Part shown: in pieces, positions 29,161 through 38,462 of the stretch
Position numbering within the stretch: the stretch's first letter is position 1
How the letters are laid out: every line of letters begins with the position of its first letter
Program-made: the position numbers and the translations under genes
Assembly: GCA_018992685.1 (NCBI GenBank)
Contig: JACVGT010000006.1
Span: forward strand, 1 to 42,274
DNA from: Theionarchaea archaeon
GTDB taxonomy: Archaea > Methanobacteriota_B > Thermococci > Methanofastidiosales > SZ-28-30
Direction: 5' to 3'
Length of the DNA: 42,274 nucleotides
The notes under the pieces: model-generated
What the model was told of the DNA's origin: nothing
The model's database searches: none
The model's input: only the letters and a program-made list of their open reading frames with translations

Positions 29161-30324
29161 ATGCTTGAAACACCCCTTCTGTTGTCCCTTGCGAGCCTTT
29201 CGATGGCTCTAGTCAGCATAGCAATGTCAGTATGGGTCCTGACAAACCGTGAGGCACAACAGACCGAGGAACATCTCATTATGCCTAGAGACTTCATTCC
29301 TTGGTCTGAAATTGACTCAATAGATCTTAGACACAGCAAATCAAAGCCTAGGTGGCTGACTCTGTCTCTCAAAAACAAAGAAGAGAAAAAATACGACTTG
29401 AAGTTCTTCAGAAACCGGTGGGTTCTGGTCAGCTATCTGGACCAGATATCTGGAGAGAAGGGATTCACATTTTTCTCAGACATACCTGTTCCGCGACAAG
29501 AGGAACCGCTCGGTGCCTTGAGAACTGTGGAATACAAGGGGAAGGTGATACCCGATGTCAGTTTCCCCCCACGGATGAAACTAGCAGTATATGGATTCAT
29601 GGCTATTTTTGTGTTGGGATTATCCTATGTTTTCCTTGGAGTGGGGACCACGGCGCTTATTGCCATTGTGCTGATGGTACACGAGGCTGGTCATCTTGTG
29701 GCTTCAAGACTCGTGGGCCTGAAGCTGGCACTTTCGTCGCTCCTCCCGTTCGCAGGTGTGGGGACATGGACAAATCCATTTTCCTCGTCAGAAGCCGAAG
29801 CTGGGGTGGCCCTGGCAGGCCCAGTGGCATGTTTGGCCCTGTATGGAGTTACAGCATTGATCGATCCAGAACGCGGACTCTTCCATGAGGATGCGGTGAG
29901 AGGGTTATACTGGTGGATGGCCCTCCGTGGGCTTCCAATCGTCTTTCTAATAAATGTGGTGGATCTGTTGCCCATCTTCCCTTTGAACGGTGGAAAAATA
30001 CTGAAGGCAGTCCTTCTGAAAACAAGGAGAAATGCACTTGTAGTAACAGTAATTACCATGGTGGTCTGTGCAATCATGGGGATCGGGCAGAGGAGACTCT
30101 TCTTCTTTGCGGCCTTTGGCGTTGGTCTGTTTTGCCTAATGGCTAATAGTGGCATGTATGTCAACTGGAAGCGACTCAATGGGCCAGTGCCCGACAATGA
30201 CCGTCCCCCTTTGTGGAAATCTGCTGTGACTCTCCTGCTCTGGATAGCAGTTGTGGTACTGTACTGGGTAGCCCTCCCTATGCTATCTCGATTTTTGCTG
30301 CACGTGGATTATGGGATTCACTGA
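29161..30324 (+). CDS. Site-2 protease (M50) family membrane protein with N-terminal bPH-like domain
   Basis: HEAGH, VALAGP, variant DLLPIFPLNGG; N-terminal TM plus IPWSEIDSI; ATG after GGAGGTGA. Confidence 0.85.
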   Translation: MLETPLLLSLASLSMALVSIAMSVWVLTNREAQQTEEHLIMPRDFIPWSEIDSIDLRHSKSKPRWLTLSLKNKEEKKYDLKFFRNRWVLVSYLDQISGEKGFTFFSDIPVPRQEEPLGALRTVEYKGKVIPDVSFPPRMKLAVYGFMAIFVLGLSYVFLGVGTTALIAIVLMVHEAGHLVASRLVGLKLALSSLLPFAGVGTWTNPFSSSEAEAGVALAGPVACLALYGVTALIDPERGLFHEDAVRGLYWWMALRGLPIVFLINVVDLLPIFPLNGGKILKAVLLKTRRNALVVTVITMVVCAIMGIGQRRLFFFAAFGVGLFCLMANSGMYVNWKRLNGPVPDNDRPPLWKSAVTLLLWIAVVVLYWVALPMLSRFLLHVDYGIH

Positions 30325-30394
30325 CAGAAAACTCCATGAAGAGAGAGAGGGCAGATCACTGCAACTTGCCTGTCTTCTCTTTTTTTTCTTTTCA

Positions 30395-30663
30395 TAGTAT
30401 GAAAATGAGAAGAGAAACCCTGAAAAGGACGGGATTATAGGGATGAGATACCACGTATCTACGTTTTTGTGAAAAGATTCTCAAGGGACTCAGCGGTACT
30501 TTTATATGGCAATACTGGTACAAAGGCGTGGGTGATACCCTTGAGAGATGAAAAGATGTACAAGAAAGGATCAATTGTTGTAGTATTGATCCCATATCTG
30601 TTAAATTCTTCAAATGAAGACGACGCTATATCACCGCTGGAGCTGGAATGCTTGAGGTGATGA
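30395..30663 (+). repeat. Duplicated promoter/leader cassette, copy 2
   Basis: Direct repeat of 28893-29159; TTTATAT 30501-30507; ends in the RBS of the RHS gene; preceded by an oligo-T tract. Confidence 0.95.
30556..30660 (+). CDS. Candidate 34-aa leader peptide, copy 2
   Basis: MYKKGSIVVVLIPYLLNSSNEDDAISPLELECLR. Confidence 0.35.
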   Translation: MYKKGSIVVVLIPYLLNSSNEDDAISPLELECLR

Positions 30664-30664
30664 A

Positions 30665-33600
30665 GTGAGAACATTGAAAACAAGTATGCTGGTGGTTGTA
30701 CTGTTTGTAGGATACATTGCCAGCACTCAGGTCATGGGAACTCAAGAGAGCGTCTCTTCAGAGAAGGCACTGGCTAGTCAGGAGGGGCTAGGGAGAGAAA
30801 AAACGAGAGGCAAAGTATTCACTTTTTTGAAGGACATTGACTCCAAAGAACAAAAGCCTTTTTCAAAGAACGCTGGAAACAGGGGATTTTTCTCAGATGA
30901 AACTGAAGAACAAGGATTCTTTTCAGAAGGCAGTGAACCCATTTCTTCACTCTACATTGATCCCCGCCAACCATCAAATCCTACCATCAATCCTTGCACC
31001 AATATGGAGTTTGACTATGAAGCAACGTCGCCCTATTACAAGGCCTTATTCAGGGATGGGACACTTCGAATCTACGTCGCAGGGAACTACATTGAATTTA
31101 GACTGAAAGAGAATTACCTGACAGCAAAAGAAAGCACTCGCATTGCTGAGGAGCCTTCAGTCAAGGAGAACTGTCTCTCAGTTAGTGAAAATACCATATC
31201 CGTCTCCGAGATTTTCGAAGCCATCGATCTCTCCTACAGAGTTGGAAGCTCTCAGATTGAGGAAGCTCTGACTGTCAAACAATTCAGGTCTATCGAGAGG
31301 CTCATATACGAGATTTCCTGGGAAGGACTCACACCAGAGGTTCAGGACGACGGTTCCATCATCTTCTCCGGTGACAAACCGCTCTTGGTGATCCTGCCCC
31401 CCTCCATGACTGACGCTCAGGGAGATGAATGCCGTGATCTTCATTACGAACTGATAGAGACAGAGAACGGGCATGAACTGCACAAGGTTGTGGATGAAAA
31501 AGGGGTGGAGTGGCTACAGCATGCGCACTTTCCTGTGGTACTAGATCCTCTGGTCGAAACCATTGAAGATGCATGGGAATCATCTGGGTTCACACCATAC
31601 GGGAAATACTTCGACAACTTCCAAGAACATGTCAACATTCTGAATGGTCATCTCATCGTATCACAGACGGATCTTGATATTCCAGGAAGAGGTCTGGACC
31701 TTGTGATATCGAGGATATATGAGACACCAGCTGTATTTTATCAGGCAGAGCCCTATGATTATACAGCACCACCTGTGAACGTCGGAATAGGATGGCGACT
31801 GGATTTTCCCTATGTCGGTGAAGAGTACCTCTACTCATGGGGCGGAGGAATATACAAGATTGAATGGTCAGGCGATACGTTCACGAACCATACCGGCAGC
31901 CACTTTGTTCTCGTGAAGAACGCCGACAACACGTACACACTGACAGGGGCAAACGGTACGGTATGTGAATTCGACACTACTGGTAAGATAACACACATGA
32001 GAGATTTGGACCAGAATACTATAACGTTCAATTACACCAGCGGAACTCTTACAAGCATCACTGATACCATCGGACGTACAGCTACTCTCAGCTACTCTGG
32101 CGGGTACTTGTCTGCAATTTCGTACAATGGTACTGTGATTGAATATGGAATCAATGGCTACGGCAACCTGGTTTGGGTGGACGATGTCCTGGACAGGAGA
32201 ACAACCTATAGCTACGACTCGGGGTGGACTGAGTGGTTCTACTATGGGTCAGGATACGCTCTGAAGGAGAATCTCTACCTGCTCACGCAAATAGGCTATC
32301 CCACAGGAGGTTACTCTCAATATGAATACGACAGGTTCTCTTACAATGACCTCTATGGCGGCAGTTCCTGTCTTGACTACTACAAGTACTTCGCGACAGA
32401 TCAACGAGTCTATGAAACGACCCAGGCAAGGCACAACGTGTACTCTTTTTACGGAAACTTCGACATCATCAGCGATTGTGATGTGACAACAAAGGACGAG
32501 TATGACATAACGCAGGGACTGTATGACTTCTCTCTGGATACATCCAGTGGCCTGGTTGTCCAGATGGCTCTTGAGAACGCATCACAGGCAACAATACGGA
32601 AATATGCATTTACATATAGTTCACAGAAACAGCTCAAAGAGGTGGAAGTCTACAACGACGGGGCAACTCTGTCGTACGTCAAATACTATGCCTACGATGA
32701 CTGGGGCAACCTGATATACTCAAAGGATCCAGAAGGGCACGAAGAATTCTTCTCCTATGCACATACGTCCACCTCAGGGTTCTTTGTTAATTACAGTGGA
32801 ACAGTGGTTCAGACCTTCACCAATGCGTTCTCAAATGACCCTGTGCCGGACTCCGTTCACACGGTCTTAATAGGCATGGCAGAGAAACAAGATGGTACCC
32901 ACGTAAGGGAAACCTACTTCGAGTACGATTCTGAGGCTCATCCAACACAGGAAAAGAGTTCCTTTGGAGCCTACACTACCTGGCTGACGGTTTCAGGTAC
33001 CTTCAATGAGAAGACTGGATCAACGAGCTTTCCTGTTGATCTGACAGGTCACACAGTGGTTGGAAATGCAGTCCTACGGATTGCAGGACTGCCTTCTGAC
33101 GATACGTATACAGAGACCCATTCAGTCCAATGTAACACCAACCCCTCTGTTCAATGTACGTGGAACGGTGGATACTGGTTAGGCAAATACTACAGTGTAT
33201 TGTGGATGTTCTGTAGCTTTCCTCTGGATTGTGACAGTGGAAGAGTCTCTATTGGTCCTTTCGTTCATTACCCTGGAACCTTTGGATACCAGAGTTACAC
33301 GACGAATCCAAGCCTAGGAGGAAAATCCAACTCGTTTGCCGTTACGACATACTGGAAAGCATATCCTGCTGAGGTGCAGTATAACCTCGACGGTTCTGAT
33401 TGGACAACGGTAACCACGAATCTGAGGAATTCTGCAGCGCAGGTGGCAGTCCCCATCACAGATGGAACACATACCTTGAACTTCACTGAATCTTCATCGC
33501 TGAAAACAAAATTCTCGTGGACCTTGTACGTCCCCGTGGACACCACTCCTGAAACATACATCACAACCACAGCATATGACGCGTATGGCAATGTAGAGTC

Positions 33601-36214
33601 TGTCACAGACCCTGGAGGACACACAACGACCTTTGGGTATTCGGCTGATTATGGACATGCCTACTTGACGAGTATTACCAATGCGCTTGGACACACAGCA
33701 TCTGCAACGTATGATTCTTCGACAGGAAGGATTCTCTCTTCAACAGATCCAAAGGGGAATACCGTCGCCTTTGAGTATGACCTCATGGGCAGAATAACAA
33801 AACGTATCCATGCAGATCTTTCAGAGGTTGAAGCTGTCTACGACGATTCGAATCTCATTGTTACTATCTTTGATGAACTGGATCACTACACCAAGACGCG
33901 CTACGACAAGATTGGCAGGCTCGTGCAGACTGACTACTACTTGAATGATACGCTCTATGCCACAGAGGTCTTCACGTACAACTACCTGGACAAGCACGTA
34001 TCGTATACAGATCCCCTCCTTCAAACGTACTACAATGAGTATGATTTCCTGGGCAGGACAGTTAAAACCACAAAGCCTGATAGCACGTTCACGACAACGC
34101 AGTACGATGACACCAACAATGTGAAGACGGTTCTTGACGAGAATGAGCACAAGAAGCAGTACAAGTATGACTGGATGGGCAGACTGCTGTGGGTAAGAGA
34201 ATTCATTGATGAAACCACCTACTATCTCACCGAGAGTACCTACAATGAGACAGGAAACATCACATCCATAACGGATGCCAATGGAACCACCACGAGCTGT
34301 GAGTATGACGCTCTTTTCGGCATGACGAGAACTTTATATCCAGACAGCACAACGGAAATCTTTGCCTACGATGTCGTGGGGAATTTCACATCGTATACAG
34401 ATGCCAATGGAAACACCACGAGCTATCAGTACAATGCTGTCTCGCAGCTGATCTCAGTTGAGTTTTCAGACGAATCATCTGTGGAACTTGACTATGATGC
34501 AAACGGTAACCGCACCCTCATGGTGGATCCAGCTGGAACTTCAACGTATGTGTACGACAACAGGAACCGCTTGTGTCAGGAGACGAGGACTATCGACGGA
34601 ATAGCATACACTGTCGGGAGACAATTCGACATAGCCTCTCGCACAGTGGCCACAACGTACCCCGAAGGAACGACCGTCACTTTTGTATACGACGATCTCA
34701 ATCGACTGACTTCCATTTCAGGCTACGCTGACTTCACTTACAACGCGAAATCTCAGGTTGAGAGTGTTGCCTATGCAAATGGTGTTCAACTGAGTATTTC
34801 CTACGGACCGTGCTGCAGCCAGCCGGCACGATTTCTTGCAACGAAGAGCGGAGCCACTCTCCTGGATCTGCTCTACACCTACGATGACGCAGATAATATA
34901 CTGGAAATCGAGAAATACATCTTCAATCCCGAAACACAGGTGCTCGAGGACTCTGTTGATCAATACACGTACGACTGGCTGGATCGAATAGTGACAGCGT
35001 CAGGTGATTTTGGCTCGCTCTCGTACAGCTACGATTCGGTGGGCAACAGGACGTCACTCAATGGAACGCAGTACGTGTACAACTCAATGAGTGAACTTGA
35101 ATCCACCAGTGAAGGGACGAGCTTTGCATATGACCAGAACGGGAATCTGGTCAGCAAGACCAATACTCACGTGTGGACATATCAGTACGATTTCAGCAAC
35201 CGACTTGTGGAGGCTGGCTACGATGGACAGATGATTGGCCAGTATGTGTACGATGGAGACGGAAGGCGTGTCAAGAAGACAGAATGGTCAGAATCGATGC
35301 AGGTATTCCAGAGCAGGATATACGTGTACGAGGGCATCAGCGTTCTGTATGAGAAGAATGTTGACGCAGGAATGGAAGCACTTTATATCTATGGAGCAAC
35401 TGGGCGAATTGCTGAGAAAACGGATGATATGACATTCTATTACCACAACGATTACCTGGGATCACCGAGGATTATCACAGATGAGGATGGCGTTGTAGTT
35501 ACGGGGATAGACTATCTTCCTTTTGGGGAAAGTGAGTTGAAGGGGGAGTCTGAGGACTATCTGTTCACAGGAAAAGAGGAGGATGTGTCTGAGCTGTACT
35601 ATTTTGGTGCACGGTACTATGATCCAACACTTGGGCGGTTCATCAGCAGGGATCCTATTCGAGGAGTAATGAGTGACCCGCGTAGTCTGAATCGGTACAC
35701 ATACGTTCTGAATAACCCTCTGAAATACCGTGATCCTTGGGGAGAGAAACCGGCAGATGAAGAATGCAGTTGTGAGTCAGACGTTGACGAACTTCTAGAC
35801 TTGTTGGCTGCCGCCGAAAATCAAATCAAGGAATTTGAACATGACATTGAGGAGGCAGAGTATCTTCTTGAACAGTATCAGCCACGAGTAGAGTGGTGCG
35901 ATAAAGCGCGTGAAGCCACTAGTTTCAGTATCGTTCAGAGTGTTCCAGAACTTGTTCTGACACTCTTCATATGGTACTACATAGAGGCGCCTTGCTGGAC
36001 ACAGAGAAGTGGAGTAGATAATACGCATCAACGCATAAAAGATCTGGAAAGATCAATTTCAGACCTCAAAGAGGACGCAAATAAATTCAGAGCGGAAATA
36101 AAGAAGAGGTGCTCCTGCGCGCTTCCTGAAGATGATGGGTTAGGGTCTACATCTTCAGATGATGATTCTCCGTTGCCACCAGGAGCAGGTCGTCCCGACA
36201 TTTTTGAGTGCTGA
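30665..36214 (+). CDS. Secreted RHS/YD-repeat protein (polymorphic toxin-like)
   Basis: Signal peptide; DUF6531-like VNILNGHL...DLDIPGRGL; YD repeats; core LYYFGARYYDP..GRFISRDP and NPLKYRDPWG. Confidence 0.95.
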   Translation: MRTLKTSMLVVVLFVGYIASTQVMGTQESVSSEKALASQEGLGREKTRGKVFTFLKDIDSKEQKPFSKNAGNRGFFSDETEEQGFFSEGSEPISSLYIDPRQPSNPTINPCTNMEFDYEATSPYYKALFRDGTLRIYVAGNYIEFRLKENYLTAKESTRIAEEPSVKENCLSVSENTISVSEIFEAIDLSYRVGSSQIEEALTVKQFRSIERLIYEISWEGLTPEVQDDGSIIFSGDKPLLVILPPSMTDAQGDECRDLHYELIETENGHELHKVVDEKGVEWLQHAHFPVVLDPLVETIEDAWESSGFTPYGKYFDNFQEHVNILNGHLIVSQTDLDIPGRGLDLVISRIYETPAVFYQAEPYDYTAPPVNVGIGWRLDFPYVGEEYLYSWGGGIYKIEWSGDTFTNHTGSHFVLVKNADNTYTLTGANGTVCEFDTTGKITHMRDLDQNTITFNYTSGTLTSITDTIGRTATLSYSGGYLSAISYNGTVIEYGINGYGNLVWVDDVLDRRTTYSYDSGWTEWFYYGSGYALKENLYLLTQIGYPTGGYSQYEYDRFSYNDLYGGSSCLDYYKYFATDQRVYETTQARHNVYSFYGNFDIISDCDVTTKDEYDITQGLYDFSLDTSSGLVVQMALENASQATIRKYAFTYSSQKQLKEVEVYNDGATLSYVKYYAYDDWGNLIYSKDPEGHEEFFSYAHTSTSGFFVNYSGTVVQTFTNAFSNDPVPDSVHTVLIGMAEKQDGTHVRETYFEYDSEAHPTQEKSSFGAYTTWLTVSGTFNEKTGSTSFPVDLTGHTVVGNAVLRIAGLPSDDTYTETHSVQCNTNPSVQCTWNGGYWLGKYYSVLWMFCSFPLDCDSGRVSIGPFVHYPGTFGYQSYTTNPSLGGKSNSFAVTTYWKAYPAEVQYNLDGSDWTTVTTNLRNSAAQVAVPITDGTHTLNFTESSSLKTKFSWTLYVPVDTTPETYITTTAYDAYGNVESVTDPGGHTTTFGYSADYGHAYLTSITNALGHTASATYDSSTGRILSSTDPKGNTVAFEYDLMGRITKRIHADLSEVEAVYDDSNLIVTIFDELDHYTKTRYDKIGRLVQTDYYLNDTLYATEVFTYNYLDKHVSYTDPLLQTYYNEYDFLGRTVKTTKPDSTFTTTQYDDTNNVKTVLDENEHKKQYKYDWMGRLLWVREFIDETTYYLTESTYNETGNITSITDANGTTTSCEYDALFGMTRTLYPDSTTEIFAYDVVGNFTSYTDANGNTTSYQYNAVSQLISVEFSDESSVELDYDANGNRTLMVDPAGTSTYVYDNRNRLCQETRTIDGIAYTVGRQFDIASRTVATTYPEGTTVTFVYDDLNRLTSISGYADFTYNAKSQVESVAYANGVQLSISYGPCCSQPARFLATKSGATLLDLLYTYDDADNILEIEKYIFNPETQVLEDSVDQYTYDWLDRIVTASGDFGSLSYSYDSVGNRTSLNGTQYVYNSMSELESTSEGTSFAYDQNGNLVSKTNTHVWTYQYDFSNRLVEAGYDGQMIGQYVYDGDGRRVKKTEWSESMQVFQSRIYVYEGISVLYEKNVDAGMEALYIYGATGRIAEKTDDMTFYYHNDYLGSPRIITDEDGVVVTGIDYLPFGESELKGESEDYLFTGKEEDVSELYYFGARYYDPTLGRFISRDPIRGVMSDPRSLNRYTYVLNNPLKYRDPWGEKPADEECSCESDVDELLDLLAAAENQIKEFEHDIEEAEYLLEQYQPRVEWCDKAREATSFSIVQSVPELVLTLFIWYYIEAPCWTQRSGVDNTHQRIKDLERSISDLKEDANKFRAEIKKRCSCALPEDDGLGSTSSDDDSPLPPGAGRPDIFEC

Positions 36215-36236
36215 ACAGTGCGAACAGCTCTTCCTA

Positions 36237-36251
36237 TTTTTTTCTTTTTTT
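36237..36251 (+). terminator. Oligo-T terminator candidate after the RHS gene
   Basis: T7-C-T7 tract about 22 nt after the stop. Confidence 0.55.
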
Positions 36252-36611
36252 CCCTTTTGCCAATACTACTGATATCTGCATATTTTGTGGCGCCTCCAAA
36301 GGATTTGCAGAAATTACCTGCATGTCGATCTAGGACATATTTTCTCATCTGGGATATTTCGATGCCCCGGACTTGGACAGGATTAATCTGATAGCAACGC
36401 GAGACACTGCTTGCCAGCTGAATTATCTATGATCAACATCACTTTTTGCAGTTCCTGAGCAAAATTCATTTGGAGACACTGCATACCTGATCCTAGTTTT
36501 CCGTAGAATGGGAGTTGTACTCTTTCTAGAAGTGTCTAGGTTTGCACAAAGGAGATCACACCCAACTTTTATGAAGAGTAAAGACAAGGAAGAGATAGCG
36601 TAACACCCGAA

Positions 36612-37370
36612 TTGTGTAAGCAGGAGGTGAGACAAATCACTGAAAAGAAAATCATTCAAAGGCAAATCGCTGAAAGATCTTATGTGAGTGTTACGGTTGC
36701 GACTCCTACTTTGAGTAGAGCAGAGGACTTGATAAGAGGTACATCATATAATGGCAAAGCAGGTTCATATCCCTTATATGCATTCTTTCTCTATAGTGAT
36801 ATGGATGAAGATCTCGCTGAATTCATAAAAAAGAAAGGATATTGGCTCCATTGTTTGAGTGGCGACGATTGCCTTATCGGCGCATTCGAAAACCCAGAAG
36901 ACTGGGGGAGAGGGTGGAAAAATCACTGGCAGGAAAAGCTCGGTTTTTTGTATTGGTCAGCTCAAGAAGAATGGACGAAATTGGAGGCATGTGACCGAAA
37001 TCTAGCATTCTGTTTGGCTGACAATCTGGGGATTGAGAAAAATGCTTTGCCATGCATGGTCTTTGCAGAATCTTCATTCAGCACAAGAATCTTGTGTTTA
37101 CCCATAGTTGCTGACAGAGACGACTATCAAAAGTACTTTCAGGACATCTTCGCTGCCGTTAGTACTGCCGCAAAAGCAGATACTGGTTGCAGACTTCAGA
37201 CCCTTCAATCTGAATGGGGAAAGATCTGGAGAAAATGGATTCTTCCTAAAAAAATTGAAAATCTGTCAGAAACAATCCAAGAATGGGGTTCCATCATTAG
37301 GGAGACGACATGCATTATCATAGGTGTTGCAGAACCTCTCAAATTCCTTTTTGGAAATAAAAGCATGTAG
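36612..37370 (+). CDS. Hypothetical protein (possible thioredoxin-like fold); start uncertain
   Basis: Long ORF in AT-rich DNA; FFLYSDMD, LHCLSGDDC, LADNLGI...LPCMVF pattern. Confidence 0.65.
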   Translation: MCKQEVRQITEKKIIQRQIAERSYVSVTVATPTLSRAEDLIRGTSYNGKAGSYPLYAFFLYSDMDEDLAEFIKKKGYWLHCLSGDDCLIGAFENPEDWGRGWKNHWQEKLGFLYWSAQEEWTKLEACDRNLAFCLADNLGIEKNALPCMVFAESSFSTRILCLPIVADRDDYQKYFQDIFAAVSTAAKADTGCRLQTLQSEWGKIWRKWILPKKIENLSETIQEWGSIIRETTCIIIGVAEPLKFLFGNKSM

Positions 37371-37430
37371 TTTTGATTGGGCTTTCTCGAAGCTCTCAGA
37401 ATGATTGAAAGTTCTTCTTGATCATTTCAT

Positions 37431-37622
37431 TCAAGTCACCTTGCTTTCTTCAAATAGATCTCTTTCTGTGATCTCTATTCGTGTACCTTTAACAGCATAG
37501 ATATTCTCAATACTCCAGAAACAAGTATCTATGATATATTCATCGTCCCTATGTGAAGCAGCTATTTCTCTTATAATTGGTATGCCAATGAATATTCTTC
37601 TTGCCAAATATCCAGCCAGCAT
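37431..37622 (-). CDS. Small hypothetical protein or gene remnant
   Basis: 63 aa with GGTGA RBS, co-oriented 31 nt after the preceding gene. Confidence 0.45.
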   Translation of the reverse strand: MLAGYLARRIFIGIPIIREIAASHRDDEYIIDTCFWSIENIYAVKGTRIEITERDLFEESKVT

Positions 37623-37653
37623 TTTTTCACCTGTCCATTCGATCCACCGATAC

Positions 37654-38421
37654 CTAGACGCGTGAACCTACATCAATCATTTCCTTCTCTAAACATCTTG
37701 CCAAATATCTCATAATATCGATCACAACTTCAATAATCATCTCAGTTGTCATTCTTGGCGCTGGACCGGGATGTGGTCCCCCGTAACTAAGAAATCTACT
37801 CAAATCACTGGTCAGTTTCCTTAAATTCTTCAAAAACTCCTTATTCTCCTCTAGGTCTTTTAGTTCTATATTCTTTATGAATTTATCCCTGAGTATCTGA
37901 ACTGCATTTCTCAATGAGGTTCTTGCACCTTCAACATCATTTTCCTCCAGCCTTGAATGAGAATCAAAGAGATAGCTTGCAGCCTTATCCAAGATATCAT
38001 TCTTAACGACAAAGGATATCAACCTCTCTTCAATTCTTGACAGTGTTCCAGCAATTCTTTCTGAGCTGTAGTCAAGAGCTTTGATCTCAAAAGGAAAAAC
38101 AGGCTCACCGTTGTAGTCCACAACCAGGATTGAGATTGTGTAGTTTCTAGCCACATTGAGATCTAGTACATCCTTTTCAGGAAATGCTATACGGGGCACC
38201 CAGATTTTTTCCAGCATATCAAAGTAATTTTCTGGTTCTAGCTCCAATTTCCTCATGGGTTTGAATCTTTTTATCAGCTTGTTATTGTTATCAACAATCT
38301 CAATTATAAAAAACCTTAGAATCCCTCCTTTACTAATGAAAGGAAGTAATCGATATAGATTCTTTAGGTTTACGCAAAGACCTTCCTCAAATTCGATTCT
38401 CTCAGTCACAATAGCTGGCAT
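37654..38421 (-). CDS. Hypothetical protein with C-terminal HEPN-like helical domain
   Basis: AASYL...GARTSLRNAVQ...LSYGGPH...EMII pattern; AGGTGA RBS. Confidence 0.7.
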   Translation of the reverse strand: MPAIVTERIEFEEGLCVNLKNLYRLLPFISKGGILRFFIIEIVDNNNKLIKRFKPMRKLELEPENYFDMLEKIWVPRIAFPEKDVLDLNVARNYTISILVVDYNGEPVFPFEIKALDYSSERIAGTLSRIEERLISFVVKNDILDKAASYLFDSHSRLEENDVEGARTSLRNAVQILRDKFIKNIELKDLEENKEFLKNLRKLTSDLSRFLSYGGPHPGPAPRMTTEMIIEVVIDIMRYLARCLEKEMIDVGSRV

Positions 38422-38462
38422 GTTGACTCACCTAGTTTTACTATTGATGATTTGGGAGTAGT

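Noticed and set aside
28893-30663. Duplicated segment as IS/MITE ends or a CRISPR array
   Set aside because: No terminal inverted repeats, target duplication or transposase, and no short repeat-spacer periodicity.
24825-36214. Integron-like cassette array of co-oriented unrelated genes
   Set aside because: No integrase and no attC-like repeats between most genes; the only repeat is promoter-bearing and occurs twice.
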